Below are positions 11,969-24,700 of a stretch of 64,000 nucleotides of DNA, piece after piece. How positions within the stretch are numbered: position 1 is the stretch's first letter; every line of letters begins with the position of its first letter. The stretch covers positions 5,703,360-5,767,359 of the forward strand of contig NC_043019.1 of the NCBI RefSeq assembly GCF_006345805.1. The letters run 5' to 3'. The notes below the pieces were generated by a model that was not told where the DNA came from, ran no database searches, and saw only the letters and a list, made by a program, of their open reading frames with translations. A program made the position numbers and the translations under genes. The DNA is from Octopus sinensis. Taxonomy: Eukaryota.

Positions 11969-13230
11969 TTAGGTTGTCCAGAAAGTTCTAAGTGTTTTTA
12001 AGCTAAATCTTTTGACACTTCATTGAACATACCTGAAACGTAACACAGCTAAAACTTTGGCATTGCTTGAAGTGGCTGTGCATCTCTTCTTTGTTCCTGA
12101 CTAAAAATGGATTTATCTTTCAATCCGGTTTCCCTTTATTGACATTTGAAATGGATAACCAAAAATTTCATTTTCGCCTTGTAATGCTTTTCCTTTTTTT
12201 AAAACGGAGAAAATGCTGCAAAGACTTGCAAAGACATTCGTGAAGTTCATGGTGATGATGATGCTGCAGGTGAATCAATTGTTAAAAGGTGGTTTGCAAA
12301 ATTTGAAGTTGGCGAGGTTTGCTTGGAAAATGACATCGCAGTGGAAGACGTTCAGAATTGGATGAAGATGTTTTGAAGGCAAAGAATCGAAGAAAACTCA
12401 AATATCATAACTAGAGAACTTGCAGAGGAGTTGGAAGTTTCTAAAAGTATGGCTCATGAACACCCAGTGAAGTTAGGATACATTTCTCACAATAATGTAT
12501 GGGTCCCTCACAAACTCTCAGAAAAGAATTGCTTGGACTGGTTTTCCATTTGTAATATGCTTTTGAAACGGAATGAAAGCATACCTTTTTTGGAACAACT
12601 TGTGACTGGAGATGAAAAATGGATTGTGTACAAAAACGTAGTGCAAAAAAGGATCCTGGAGTTTGTGTAAGGATCTCCAAAACAGCAACTAAGGATAAAT
12701 ATCCATGCCAATAAGTTATGCTCTGTGTCTGGTGGGATCTTAAAGGCATCATTTATTATGAGACTCTTCCATAAAACCAGACCATTAATTCTGATATTTA
12801 CTTCGGTCAGCTGGCTTAATTGGAACCAAAAAACCAAAGAATTGAGGCTGGAGATTGCCAGTGTTCCAATAAGACAATGCCCAACCACAAGTATCTTTGG
12901 CAACCCGAACAAAGTTACATGAACTTGGCTGGGATCTCTTACCCCATCCATCATATTCTCCTGATATTGCGCCATCCGATGACCACTTGTTTTTGTCTCT
13001 ACAGAACTCATTGCAAGGAAAAACATTTAACTATTTAGATGCAGTCAAAATGCATGTAGATAACTTTTTTCTTCAAAACCAGTCAAATTTTATGCTGATG
13101 GAATATTTAAATTGCCTGGGCAAAGGTTATTAATAATAAATTGTTTCATTGAATAAAATTTATTGGAAGGCCAATTATTTATATCATTTTTGCATATTAA
13201 AAAATGCTCAGAACTTTCCAGACAACCTTA
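11969..13230 (+). mobile_element. Near full-length mariner (DD34D) element with pseudogenised transposase, ~1.26 kb
   Basis: TIRs ttaggttgtccagaaagttc / gaactttccagacaacctta with TA flanks; decayed MDNQKFHFR..., WVPHKL, LVTGDEKWI, HPSYSPDIAPSDDHLF motifs across several frames. Confidence 0.93.
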
Positions 13231-14182
13231 TATATATGATAATAAATCTTCTAAGATTTATTATTGCGTGTTTACACTTTTTCAATATCAGTGTCTTTAC
13301 GATACTAGAAAAAGTATATGTATTTGTGAAGGGAACCTACTTTTCATCGACAACTGTGATTGCCACACGCCGATGACAGGTCAATACTCAGAAACTCGAG
13401 TCCGTGTGTATCATAAGTTGAAGACGGCAAGGATGGGTTCCCTTTGCAAATACTGATAGGGCACAGAAAGTGTGTCTATAGCCAGCTGGAGGAGGTGTCC
13501 TCCTAGGGCTACAAACTACAGTAGCATCCACCCTTAGGGGTTAGCCATATTTAAATGGCAAATATACACCTTATATATATAAACATATATATATGTGTGT
13601 GTAAATAAGGTATAGCTTTTGTACCAAGCATGTTATATTGAAATCATGATTATGTTCAAGTTTTTTTATTATTGATTTCTTTATTCCATATTTTCTTATT
13701 ATATTTAAACAAAAAAGTTCCCAAATCCATTAATCTCATGTGTCTAAGACCTTGATGTTCTCATTTTCTAATTAAAATGGTGGAAAGTTGCAAAGGACCC
13801 AGGAAATAATTTTATAACACATAAAATCCTCAACAGTAAATCAAGCTAGAGTACATGATACTTTTTTCTTTTATTTTTATTTGTTTCAGTCACTGGAATG
13901 TGGCCAGGCTGGGGCACAACCTTGAAGAATTTTTGGTTGAATAAACGAACCCCAGTGCCTTTTAAAAAATTTTTTTTATAAAGCCTGGTCCTTATTCTAT
14001 TCACAGAACCCCACCACCTCCTCCTCCCATGTTTCTATGATGGACTTCCCTGTTCAGAATGATGGAACAAACAACAGCAACAACATATGTATGTATATAT
14101 GTAGGTGTCTGTGTGTCTTTGTGTCCATATTTGTCCCCCACATCACTACTTCACAACTGGTGTTGGCGTGTTTATGTAATCT

Positions 14183-14406
14183 TTTACTCTCTTTACTCTT
14201 TCTCTTTTACCTGTTTCAGTCATTTGACTGCGGCCATGCTGGAGCACTGCCTTTAGTCGAGCAAATCGACCCCAGGACTTATTCATTGTAAGCCTTGTAC
14301 TTATTCTATCGGTCTCTTTTGCCAAACTGCTAAGTTACGGGGGACGTAAACACACTAACATCGGTCGTCAAGCGATGTTGGGGGATAAACACAGACACAC
14401 AAACAC

Positions 14407-14440
<34 letters not shown>

Positions 14441-14590
14441 GTATACATAAATATACATATATACGATGGGCTTCTTTCAGTTTCCGTCTACCAAATCCAC
14501 TCACAAAGCTTTGGTCGGCCCGAGGCTATAGTAGAAGACACTTGCCCAAGGTGCCACACAGTGGGACTGAATGTGGGACCATGTGGTTGA
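14183..14590 (-). mobile_element. SINE family A copy with internal (CA)/(TA) microsatellite
   Basis: Same two conserved halves as the other copies. Confidence 0.85.
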
Positions 14591-15189
14591 TCCCAATAAC
14601 TTAGCAGTTCGGTAAAAGAGACAACAGAATAAGTACTTGGCTATAAATAATAAACCCTGGGTCAATTTGGTCGACTAAAACTCTTCAAAGCAGTGGCCTC
14701 GTATGGCCACCGTCATATGACAGAAACAAGTAAAAGAATAAAAGAATATGAATTTAGATTTAGAAGAGAAAATAACAGAGTAGTACTCAATACATGTGAA
14801 ATTTATTCAAAGCTGAAGCCACTGCTCCCGAGCTACCGTTTTCCTCAGAGTAAGGAACTAACACATTAGAAGAACAACGTTCAACATAGGTTAATTAAGT
14901 TCTCTGACATCCCCCCCCGCCTCCTCACCCACCCCACCTTCTGTTGCCTTTTAATTTAAACAAACAAAAAACAACATCAAATATTCATTGTTTTCGAAAT
15001 CCTAAACAAAATCTCTTTGATTAACTTCAAAGAAATTTCTGTTTATTTCAGTAAATTCCACACCCATAACAATACCATCACCCTTCCCCCACACACGCAC
15101 TCACACACCACCACCACCACGACACTATTATACAACACCACCCACCAAAAAAATATATCTACATTATCAACTGATTTTATGTTTGTCAC

Positions 15190-15660
15190 AGGACTGGTTG
15201 TGGTTGTAGTGGTTGTGATGGTTGTGGTGGTGGTGGTGGTGGCAGTGGTGGTGGTGGTAGTTGTGGTAGTTGTGGTGGTGGTGGTGGTGGTGGTAGTTGT
15301 GGTGGTGGTGGTGTGGTGGTGGTGGTGGTAGTTGTGGTGGTGGTGGTGGTGGTGGTAGTTGCGGTGGTGGTGGTGGTGGTAGTTGTGGTGGTGGTGGTAG
15401 TTGTGGTGGTGGTGGTGGTGGTGGTAGTTGTGGTGGTGGTGGTGGTGGTAGTTGTGGTGGTGGTGGTAGTTGTGGTGGTGGTGTTGGTAGTTGTGGTGGT
15501 GGTGGTGGTGGTGGTGTAGTGGTGGTGGTGGTGGTGGTGGTGGTAGTGTGGTGGTGGTGGTGGTGGTGGTGGTGGGGTGGTGGTGGTAGTTGTGGTGGTG
15601 GTGGTGGTGGCGGTTGTGGTGGTGGTGGTGGTGGTGGTTGTGGTGGTGGTGGTTGTGGCA
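15190..15660. repeat. (GGT)n trinucleotide array with variant units
   Basis: Direct reading; frame slips (gtgtgg) inside the array. Confidence 0.95.
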
Positions 15661-15889
15661 TTCCACGCTTTAAATCAAAGAGACACTAAAAAAAAATTCT
15701 TTGCTACCAAAAGATTATTTGAATTTCTGCTGTTGTTGATGTTCCAGTTATTGTCTTCTTCTTCACTGGGAGACAAACAACAACACAATCCCTTTTGTCT
15801 GTCGTTGGACACCCGAGACATTCTTTTCAGTTTTACGGAATGCTTTACTTTAGAAATTTTGTCAACTTTTCAGAGTAGATCTATGTCAA

Positions 15890-15947
15890 TACACACACAC
15901 ACACACACACACACACACTCATACATTCACTCACTCACACACACACA

Positions 15948-15987
<40 letters not shown>

Positions 15988-15996
15988 ATACATTCA

Positions 15997-16031
<35 letters not shown>

Positions 16032-16560
16032 TCATACATTCACTCACTCACACACACTCACTCACTCACTCACACATGTATGTATTTGTCTGTATATATA
16101 TTTGTACACACATACACAGACAGACACACATATACATATATACATCCATTTATACATACTACAAACACACATGTACACACACACACACATACACACACAC
16201 ACAAATACACACCCACATACATAAATACACATACATATACATACCACACTTACTCATGCATGCACATATGCACACACACACTCACACACACACACACACA
16301 TCCCACAAACACTAATATACTTACACACACATACACACACACAAATACACCTCCCCGACATACATAATACACCCACATATCCATACCAGAAACACTCTCA
16401 CACTTACACATGCATGCACATATGCACACACACACTCACACACACACATACCACAAACATTCATATACTTACACACACATACACACACACAAATACACCC
16501 CCACATACACAAATACACTCACATATACATACCACAAACACTCTTACACTTACATGTGTA
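15890..16560. repeat. (CA)n/(CACT)n compound microsatellite with ~130-160 bp higher-order duplications
   Basis: Direct reading; atgcatgcacatatgcacacacacactcac recurs at ~16256 and ~16409. Confidence 0.85.
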
Positions 16561-16922
16561 TGCACATGGTTCCGTGTTCAGTCCCACTGCATGGCACCTT
16601 GGGCAAGTGTCTTCTGCTATAGTCCCGGGCCGACCAAAGCCTTGTGAGTGGATTCGGTAGACGGAAACTGAAAAAAGCCCGTCGTATATATGTATATATA
16701 TATGTGTGTGTGTGTGTGTTTGTGTGTCTGTGTTTGTACCCGCAACATCGCTTGACAACCGATGCTGGTGTGTTTACGTACCCCGTAACTTAGAGGTTTG
16801 GCATAAGAGACCGATAGAATAAGTACTAGGCTTACAAAGAATAAGTCCTCGGGTCGATTTGCTCGACTAAAGGCTGTGCTCCAGCATGGCCACCGTCAAT
16901 TGACTGAAACAAGTAAAAGAGA
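16560..16922 (+). mobile_element. SINE family A copy (5' truncated)
   Basis: Family A body and tail tgactgaaacaagtaaaagag. Confidence 0.88.
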
Positions 16923-17319
16923 ACATATGCACACACACACACACACTCATATACTTACACACACATGCACACACACCATCCTCTGCTGTGACTGAAGAAA
17001 CCCAGAAGTCAATGACACCGTCGTTTGCAATAATGGCCAACCGAAGGCGTTGTCTGCTCCACTTGTTATAAGTGTTGTCTTTTAATTGTTTCCTTTTGTT
17101 TCTTCTTTGTGAGTTTGCTTTCCTTTATTAGAAAACCTCAGCCTCTCCTACACCCTTGCCTAGTTCCAGTCAGATCATTGTCCTCCATGTATACACATAT
17201 ATAAAAGTGTGTGTGTACCTATATACATACATACATAACATATTATTTTATAGATAAATTTCCTCTATTTACATAATATTGAGGTCTCTTTCTTTCTTTT
17301 GTTATCTTACCGTTTTTAC

Positions 17320-17356
17320 CAGTATATATATATATATATATATACACATATATACA

Positions 17357-17435
<79 letters not shown>

Positions 17436-17870
17436 ATATATATATAATATATATATATATATAAATATATACACATATATATACATGTATGTATATCTAT
17501 ATATATTTATATATATATATATATACAGAGAGAGAGATGCATATACAAATATATATATATATACATGCATACTTACACATGCACACACACACATACATAC
17601 ATACATACACTCATACATACATACATACATACATACATACACTCATACATACATACACTCATGCACACATACATACATACATACATACATACACATACAT
17701 ACATAATACATACATACATACATACATACTACATACATACACACATACATACATACATACACACACAACACACACACACACACACACACATACACACACA
17801 CATACATACATACGTACATACATACATACATACATACATACATACATACATACATACATACATACATACA
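17320..17870. repeat. (TCTA)n, (TA)n and (TACA)n compound microsatellite
   Basis: Direct reading. Confidence 0.95.
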
Positions 17871-18470
17871 CTGTGGCTGTGTGATAAGAAGTTTGCTTCC
17901 CATCTGCATGGCTTCCAGTTCAATCCTACTGCATGGTGCTTTGGACAAGTGTCTTCTATGGCCTCAGGCTGACAGAAGCCTCTTGAGTGGATTTGGTAGA
18001 CAGAAACTGAAAGAAGCCGGTCATGTGTGTGTGTGTGTGTTTGTGTTTGTTCCTCCCTACCACCACTTATTTCTTTATTGCCCACAAGGGGCTAAACACA
18101 GAGGGGGCAAACAAGGACAGACAAAGGGATTAAGTCGATTACATCGACCCCAGTGCGTAACTGGTACTTAATTTATCGACCCCGAATGGATAAAAGGCAA
18201 AGTCGACCTCGGCGGAATTTGAACTCAGAACGTAACGGCAGACGAAATACCGTTAAGCATTTAGCCCGGCGTACTAACATTTCTGCCAGCTTGCCACCTT
18301 CACCACTTAGCAACCAGTGTTGGTGTGTTTACAGCTCCAAAACTTAGTTTAACACAGGGAAACCAACAGAATAAGTCCTAGACTTGAAAAAAATTAAGTA
18401 TTGGGGCTGATTTGCTGGACTACCGTTCCAGCATGGCCACAGTCTAATGACTGTAACAAGTAAAAGATTT
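17870..18470 (+). mobile_element. SINE family A copy interrupted by a minus-strand SINE family B copy (~18070-18300)
   Basis: Family A halves flank a family B reverse complement; caccactt is repeated on both sides. Confidence 0.8.
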
Positions 18471-18619
18471 TCATTCCAATAAAGCTTATCTATTTGCCAT
18501 TGAAGTAAAGCCTTAATATATTTATAGATGGATCCAAAGACTAAGTATTCAGCAATATGACATTATGATTGATTATACTGATTTCTTACATGGATGCATA
18601 ATAACATATTTTAAGAGTG

Positions 18620-19262
18620 TTGGTGGTGGTGGTGGTGGTGGTATTGGTGGTGGTGGTGGTGGTGGTGATGGTGGTGGTGGTGGTGGTGGTGGTGGTGGTG
18701 GTGGTGGTGTTGGTGGTGGTTGTGGTGGTTGTGGTGGTTGTGGTGGTGGTGGTGGTTGTGGTGGTGGTGGTGGTGGTGGTGGTTGTGGTGGTGTGGTGGT
18801 GGTGGTGGTGGTGGTGGTGATTGTGGTGGTGGTGGTGTGTGGTGGTGGTGGTGGTAGTGGTGGTGGTGGTGGTGGTGATGGTGGTGGTGGTGGTGGTGGT
18901 TGCGGTGGTGGTGGTTGTGGTGGTGTGGTGGTGGTGGTGGTGGTGGTGTGGTGGTGGTGGGGTGGTGGTGGTGTGGTGGTGGTGGTGGTGGTGGTGTTGG
19001 TGGTGGTTGTGGTGGTTGTGGTGGTTGTGGTGGTGGTATTAGTGGTGGTGGTGGTGGTGGTGATGGTGGTGGTGGTGGTGGTTGCGGTGGTGGTGGTGGT
19101 GGTGGTGGTGGTGGTGGTGATGGTGGTGGTGGTGGTGGTGGTTGCGGTGGTGGTGGTGGTGGTGGTGGTGGTGGTGGTGGTGGTGGTGGTGTTGGTGGTG
19201 GTTGTGGTGGTTGTGTTGGTTGTGGTGGTGGTATTAGTGGTGGTGGTGGTGGTGGTGGTGGT
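18620..19262. repeat. (GGT)n trinucleotide array, ~640 bp
   Basis: Direct reading. Confidence 0.95.
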
Positions 19263-19420
19263 GACTTCATCAGGAGCTGAATTCAGATCTTCATAGGAAG
19301 TAACCAAAATAGCATTTGTTGGATGCTTCACTGATTAAGTGGATCATCCCACATGGTTGGTTCATATTTTAGCAACATGTGATAATGAAGGGCAAAGTTG
19401 ATAGCCAATAATAATAATGA

Positions 19421-19779
19421 CTAGCACTATGACCCGGCATCGCTGGGTCATAGTGCTAGTGCATGCATATACAGCTGCATGCGTGCACACATACACGTCA
19501 GTACTGTCCAAATCTCCGACCGATCACATACAGCTAGCTGGCATTCAATTGTCGTATCAAGTTTTGGGCATTTTGATTGGGTTTTGGATAGAAAATTCAC
19601 AAAAGGGTCACTTCTATTGATCTTTTAATGGCTTTGCAGGGTGACTGGGGAAATGTAAAGATGTGCACGACCACCCTTGGACGGTTTTGAATGACCATAG
19701 AAAGTGCGAGCCCTCTAAATTGTGGATTTGTATAAAGGACACACACACAGACAGACATTTTGCCGTTTATATATATAGG
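19421..19779 (-). mobile_element. Non-autonomous Helitron-like element
   Basis: Minus-strand start ctatatatataaacggcaaaatgtctgtctgtgtg matches the start of the 44961 element; minus-strand end is a GC hairpin followed by CTAG. Confidence 0.7.
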
Positions 19780-19996
19780 GATGATGATTTCAAATTTTGG
19801 CACAAGGCCAGCAACTTCAGGGGAGAAGATAAGTCAATTACATCGACTCCAGTGCTTAACTGGTTCTTATTTTATCAGCCCCGAAAGGATGAAAGATAAA
19901 GTTGACCTTGGTGGAATTTGAACTCAGAGCATTAAGATAAATGAAATGCTGCTAAGCAATTTGCCTGTCACTCTAACGATTCTGCCAGCTTACCTC

Positions 19997-20032
<36 letters not shown>

Positions 20033-20385
20033 CCTTTCTACTAAAGGCACAAGACCAATTTAGGCACAAAGGACTAGTTGATTACATTGATCCCATTGTT
20101 TCAGTGGTACTTAATTTATTGACTCTGAAAGGAGAAAACATAAAAGTGGTAGTAGGGGGGGGACAAGGTAATGCAGGGGAAGCACCCAAATACATCTGCA
20201 GAAAGGGGATGTGAACTCAGTGAAAGTACACCAGTGGTTTAAGAGAACTAGACTGAAAACTGAGATGGAAGGTCTAAAATCTTAGTTTTAATTATAAATG
20301 AAATTCACAAGCCATTACTTTTTAGACATTCTTTGAGATATAGATATCAGTTTGAAGTTGCTATTTCTTGGTAGTAATCCCTCAT

Positions 20386-20640
20386 ATGTGGAGGCACGTG
20401 GCTCAGTGGTTAGGCTGTCAGCATCATGATCGTAAGATTGTGGTTTCAATTCCTGGACCAGGTCACACATTGTGTTCTTGAGCAAAACACTTAATTTCAC
20501 GTTGCTCCAGTCCACTCAGCTGGCAAAAATGAGTAACGCTGCGATGGACTGACATCCCATCCAGCTGGGGAACACATACGCCATAGAAACTGGGAAACTG
20601 GGCCCATGAGCCTGGCTAGGCTTTAAAAGGGCTCATAAAA
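20386..20640 (+). mobile_element. tRNA-derived SINE family C
   Basis: Box A-like tggctcagtggttag, box B-like ggtttcaattcc, central ttgtgttcttgagcaaaacacttaa; related copies at ~47650-47790 and ~62195-62495. Confidence 0.75.
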
Positions 20641-21105
20641 TCCCTCATTATATAGTGGCAGAGACATTTCTTTGCAGGCATAACATGCTGTCTTTCATTA
20701 ACACTTTAACCAGTTCATTTCAAATTAACAGGGTTTTTACAAACACCTGGTATCCCCTAGCAGACCAGGGAGATAATTTTCCCTCCATAATATTTGGTTA
20801 GATTAGAAGTTTGGATTTGAAAGTAAGGGAGAAAGAAAGAGTTAGAGAGGGGACACACAGACTCACAGACACGGTGGTAATGGTGGCATATGTAGTGATG
20901 GTGGTGTCTTTTGTAAAAACCATGTCAGGTATTTGATATGTTCCTTTATTATTCTCTTTTAGTCAAAGTTCTGATTAAAAATTAAATAACAGAAGCAGGC
21001 ACAGCTGTGTGATAAGAAGCTTTCTATTATTCAATTAAATGAGCCACTTGAAACAGTTGTACTGCATCACCACTTGATATCCTGTTGCTTATGTATGTGT
21101 GTGTG

Positions 21106-21145
<40 letters not shown>

Positions 21146-21159
21146 CACACATACATATA

Positions 21160-21492
21160 TAAGGGCAAACAAAAAAAATTCTAATGCCAAATATGCCGAA
21201 AATTGGACATATTGTCCATTTACCACGTAATTTTTTCCCAGTACGCACGCTACTCGAAAAAAGGCTGACAGAAATCTCTAAAAAATTCCATTATTACCAT
21301 ATCGGACCGATTTCAGGGTTACTTCATAACAGCCCTCCCTTCGGTCCGATATGGTAATAATGAAATTTTTTAGAGATTTCTGTCGATCTTTTTTCGAGTA
21401 GCGTGCATATTGTGAAAAAATTATATGGTTAATGGACAATATGTCCAATTTTTCAGCATATTTGGCATTAGAAATTTTTTCGTTTGCCCTTA
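21160..21492. mobile_element. Fold-back (MITE-like) element with ~150-bp arms and 30-bp spacer
   Basis: Arms 21160-21310 and 21341-21492 are reverse complements with scattered mismatches; TA at both ends. Confidence 0.8.
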
Positions 21493-21724
21493 TTTATGAA
21501 TTGTTTATAAATTTAACCTTTAAAGGTATTTTTTAATATGCTGGCCATTGATAAAATTTTTTTCGAAAAGAATTTTTTTTCGAAAAGATTTTATCCTACA
21601 TTAGACATACATACATATAGATAGATAGATAGACAGACATTCTAGCCAGCATATATATCAGTTGCTTACTTTTTCTAGTACCATCCTTTTGTTTTAAACC
21701 CAATGCAACTCAATCCATCCTTAT

Positions 21725-22200
21725 TTTTGATTTTTTAATTTAATTTTATTTCATCTAGTTTCGGCTCACGAGCTGTGGCCATGCTGGGGCACCACCAGTT
21801 GGTGTTGCTACATGATTTTACTTCACGAATGCTTTTTAGCAATTGACATTTGGTGCATGAGAGAGTTCGATGCAGCTGCCCTCATCTGCCCCTCCTGCCT
21901 CGAAGTTGGTTCATCTGGGACACCTGACAGGAAGAGGTCCAGCTTTATTTTGAAGACGCCTACATCCACCCCATGCAGGTCTCTCAGGTCCTTCGAGAGG
22001 ATATTGAAGAGCTGTGGACCTCTGAATCCCAGGCTATTGCAGCATCTTGTCCTACATCTTGATGGCAAATTTGGAGTCCTTGGCACTATGCAGTGGTGCC
22101 CAGTTCTAGTATTTGTGTAACTCTCAATGCCAAAGTTTGGGACAAGTCCTTCCAGGATCTTCCAGATGTATATTATGGCATATCTTTCTCACCTACGCTT
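21725..22200 (-). mobile_element. CR1-type LINE 3' end
   Basis: ERYAIIYIWKILEGLVPNF...NSLGFRGPQLFNIL...FKIKLDLFLSGVPDEP resembles CR1 ORF2 C-termini; 3' stem-loop and A-rich tail follow. Confidence 0.8.
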
Positions 22201-22299
22201 GTCCACTCATTCACTTCCTTTACAATTTTTTTTTATCAACAGTTATTTGTCTATATTTAGAAATGTCTGCAATTCCTATTATAAAAAGATAACAGTAAT

Positions 22300-22800
22300 T
22301 GAAAATTGTAGCAATGTTTCATTCCCTGACCGGACGGGCATATAACAACATGGCAGCCAAAAATCAGGCTCTTTAGCAAGATACAACTTTATGTACTGAT
22401 GTACCTGATGTGACCCAGACTGCAAAATGGATGCAACATATGTTGAAAGGGATCCCACCCATAAGGGATAGTAGTGTGGTGGGGACGCTGGCAACGGGTA
22501 GTGTCTGAGCTATGCCGTCAGGAACTTCGGTTCCTGGTAGGGCTACCCAAGGTGGATTGGTCTGACACCAAGTGGTATTAGGGCCACAACCCAGCAGACG
22601 GGGCTCTGGTGAAAAATCCTCGGAGTGTCTGTCTTGGCAACCAGCAGCTCCTCGGTTGTTCTGTCCCTGCGTCTGCGGACAATCTGCGGCAAACAGGATG
22701 TCTCCACATATTCCCACGAAACTTCTTCCATGAAGTAGAAGAAGCCGACTCAACCCACCCAGGATGAATGTCACCACAAGTACAAGTAATGTACATAATA
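22300..22800 (+). mobile_element. Probable LINE (RTE-like) 5' region remnant
   Basis: GC-richer segment with ggtagggctacccaaggtggattggtc, reminiscent of RTE 5' leaders; no intact ORF. Confidence 0.3.
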
Positions 22801-23429
22801 GATTAATACCAAACCCATCTTTTGGTTACTCAAGAAATTATCATTATTGTGTGTGTGTGTCTGTCTGTTTGTCCCACGCCACAGCTTGACAACCAGTGTT
22901 TGTGTGTTTACATCTCCATGACTTAGCAGTTTGACAATAAGAGTCTGACAGAATAAGTACTAGGCTTTAAAAAAATAAGCTCTGGGTCGATTCATCTGAC
23001 TAAAATTCTTCAAGGCAGTGCCCCAGCATGGCCACAGTCTAATGACTAATACAAGCAAAAGATAAAAATATATAAAAGATAACCAACTTCCTGCCCTCCC
23101 TCACCACATTCCTCTACCCCACAGCAAATGGAAGCACAAAACGATGAACATTTTCTATCGATAGACAACTGGCAATTGTCTTCAACGTGTATCTCCAGCT
23201 TATCATAACATCTAAATATATTGGGTCTATCTAAAAATGTCCTTATTCGATAGTTTCATTACATCACCACCACCGCCACCACTACCACCATCACCATCAG
23301 GTGCACTTCAATTAATGATCCTATCTCTCCTCTACTAATCTGTGTGCTCTAAGTACCAACTGAATACTGGGGTTGATGTAATCAAGTCTCCCTCTCCCCC
23401 AAATTTCAGGCCTTGTGCCTATAACAGAA

Positions 23430-23485
23430 AGGATTATTATTATTATTATTACTATTATTATTATTACTATTACTATTAATATTAC

Positions 23486-23543
<58 letters not shown>

Positions 23544-24330
23544 TAGTTTTATTTTGATAGCGTGCTTTCTCTTCACTACCGAGTGCAGCTCTGTGTGCCT
23601 TGTGTATATGCTGTGATTTGTTGTGATGCTCTGATGGTTACTGTATGGAAAGCGTTCTGCGTAGGATGCGTGCAGTGCCCAATAGTGCAATTTTCTGTAT
23701 GCTATATGTGTTTGTAAGTCCTGGTGTTTTTGTTATGTATTTGTCTGAATATTTTTTTATCATGCCTAATGCGCCTACTCTGATACGAATTGTTTCTATT
23801 TTTAGATTCCACATTCTCGTTACCTCTATTTCCAGATCTTTGTATTTTGAAAGTTTCTCCATTTCTTTTAGAGACACATTGTCATCTGCTGGTATTGATA
23901 CATCAATCAGAAAGCACTATTTTTCTTCATGATCTCTGACAACTATATCCAGCCTATGGGCCTTAATTTCTCTGTCTGTGTGTATCGGCATATCCCAGAG
24001 TATGGTTGCTTTCTTGTTTTCTGTGACCTTTTCTGGTGTGTGCCTATACCATCTTTTTTTGTGTTTTTATTCCATAATATTGGCATAGCTTCCAGTGTAT
24101 GTAGGTCCCAACTCTGTTGTGTCTGTGAATATATTCCTTCTTAGCCAGGAGTGGGCAGCCAGAGATAATATGATTTATTTTTATTATTATTCTATGTTTG
24201 ACTTTTGCGTTATATTTGTACAAGTTGGCTCCAAGTCTCACCCAGAGACCTCAAGAGACAACAGGTTGGAAGTTCATGTTGTTGTTATGCCTAATGTGCC
24301 ATATATTTGGTTTTGTATTTAGTGTTGTAC
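23430..24330 (-). mobile_element. R4/Dong-clade LINE 3' part (CCHC plus restriction-like endonuclease), ending in an (AAT)n tail
   Basis: HIISGCPLLAKKEYIHRHNRVGTYIHWKLC, ILWDMPIHTDREIKAHRLDIVV, KLSKYKDLEIEVTRMW...IVGALG-like, QKIALLGTARILRRTL*; embedded in TAA repeats. Confidence 0.88.
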
Positions 24331-24398
24331 TAGTGAATGTCTAAAAAAAAACCGAAAATTGTTTGTTTTAAAACTTGAGATTACAAACATAATTTTCG

Positions 24399-24399
<1 letters not shown>

Positions 24400-24442
<43 letters not shown>

Positions 24443-24449
24443 GTTATTG

Positions 24450-24511
<62 letters not shown>

Positions 24512-24576
24512 ATTACTATTATTATTATTATAATCATTATTATTATTATTATTATTATCATCATTATTATTATTAC

Positions 24577-24610
<34 letters not shown>

Positions 24611-24700
24611 GTTATTGTTATTATTGTTGTTGTTGTTATTATTATTATTATTATCATCATCATTACTATTATTATTATTTTCATTATCATTATTATTGAG
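24400..24700. repeat. (ATT)n microsatellite
   Basis: Direct reading. Confidence 0.95.

Noticed and set aside
15043-15689. Poly-Pro/His/Thr/Gly/Val ORFs (formin- or extensin-like)
   Set aside because: All frames on both strands are open because (GGT)n has no stops. Internal frame slips, no splice signals and no flanking domain.
18565-19331. 243-252 aa Gly/Val/Pro/Thr-rich ORFs
   Set aside because: Translation of the second (GGT)n array.
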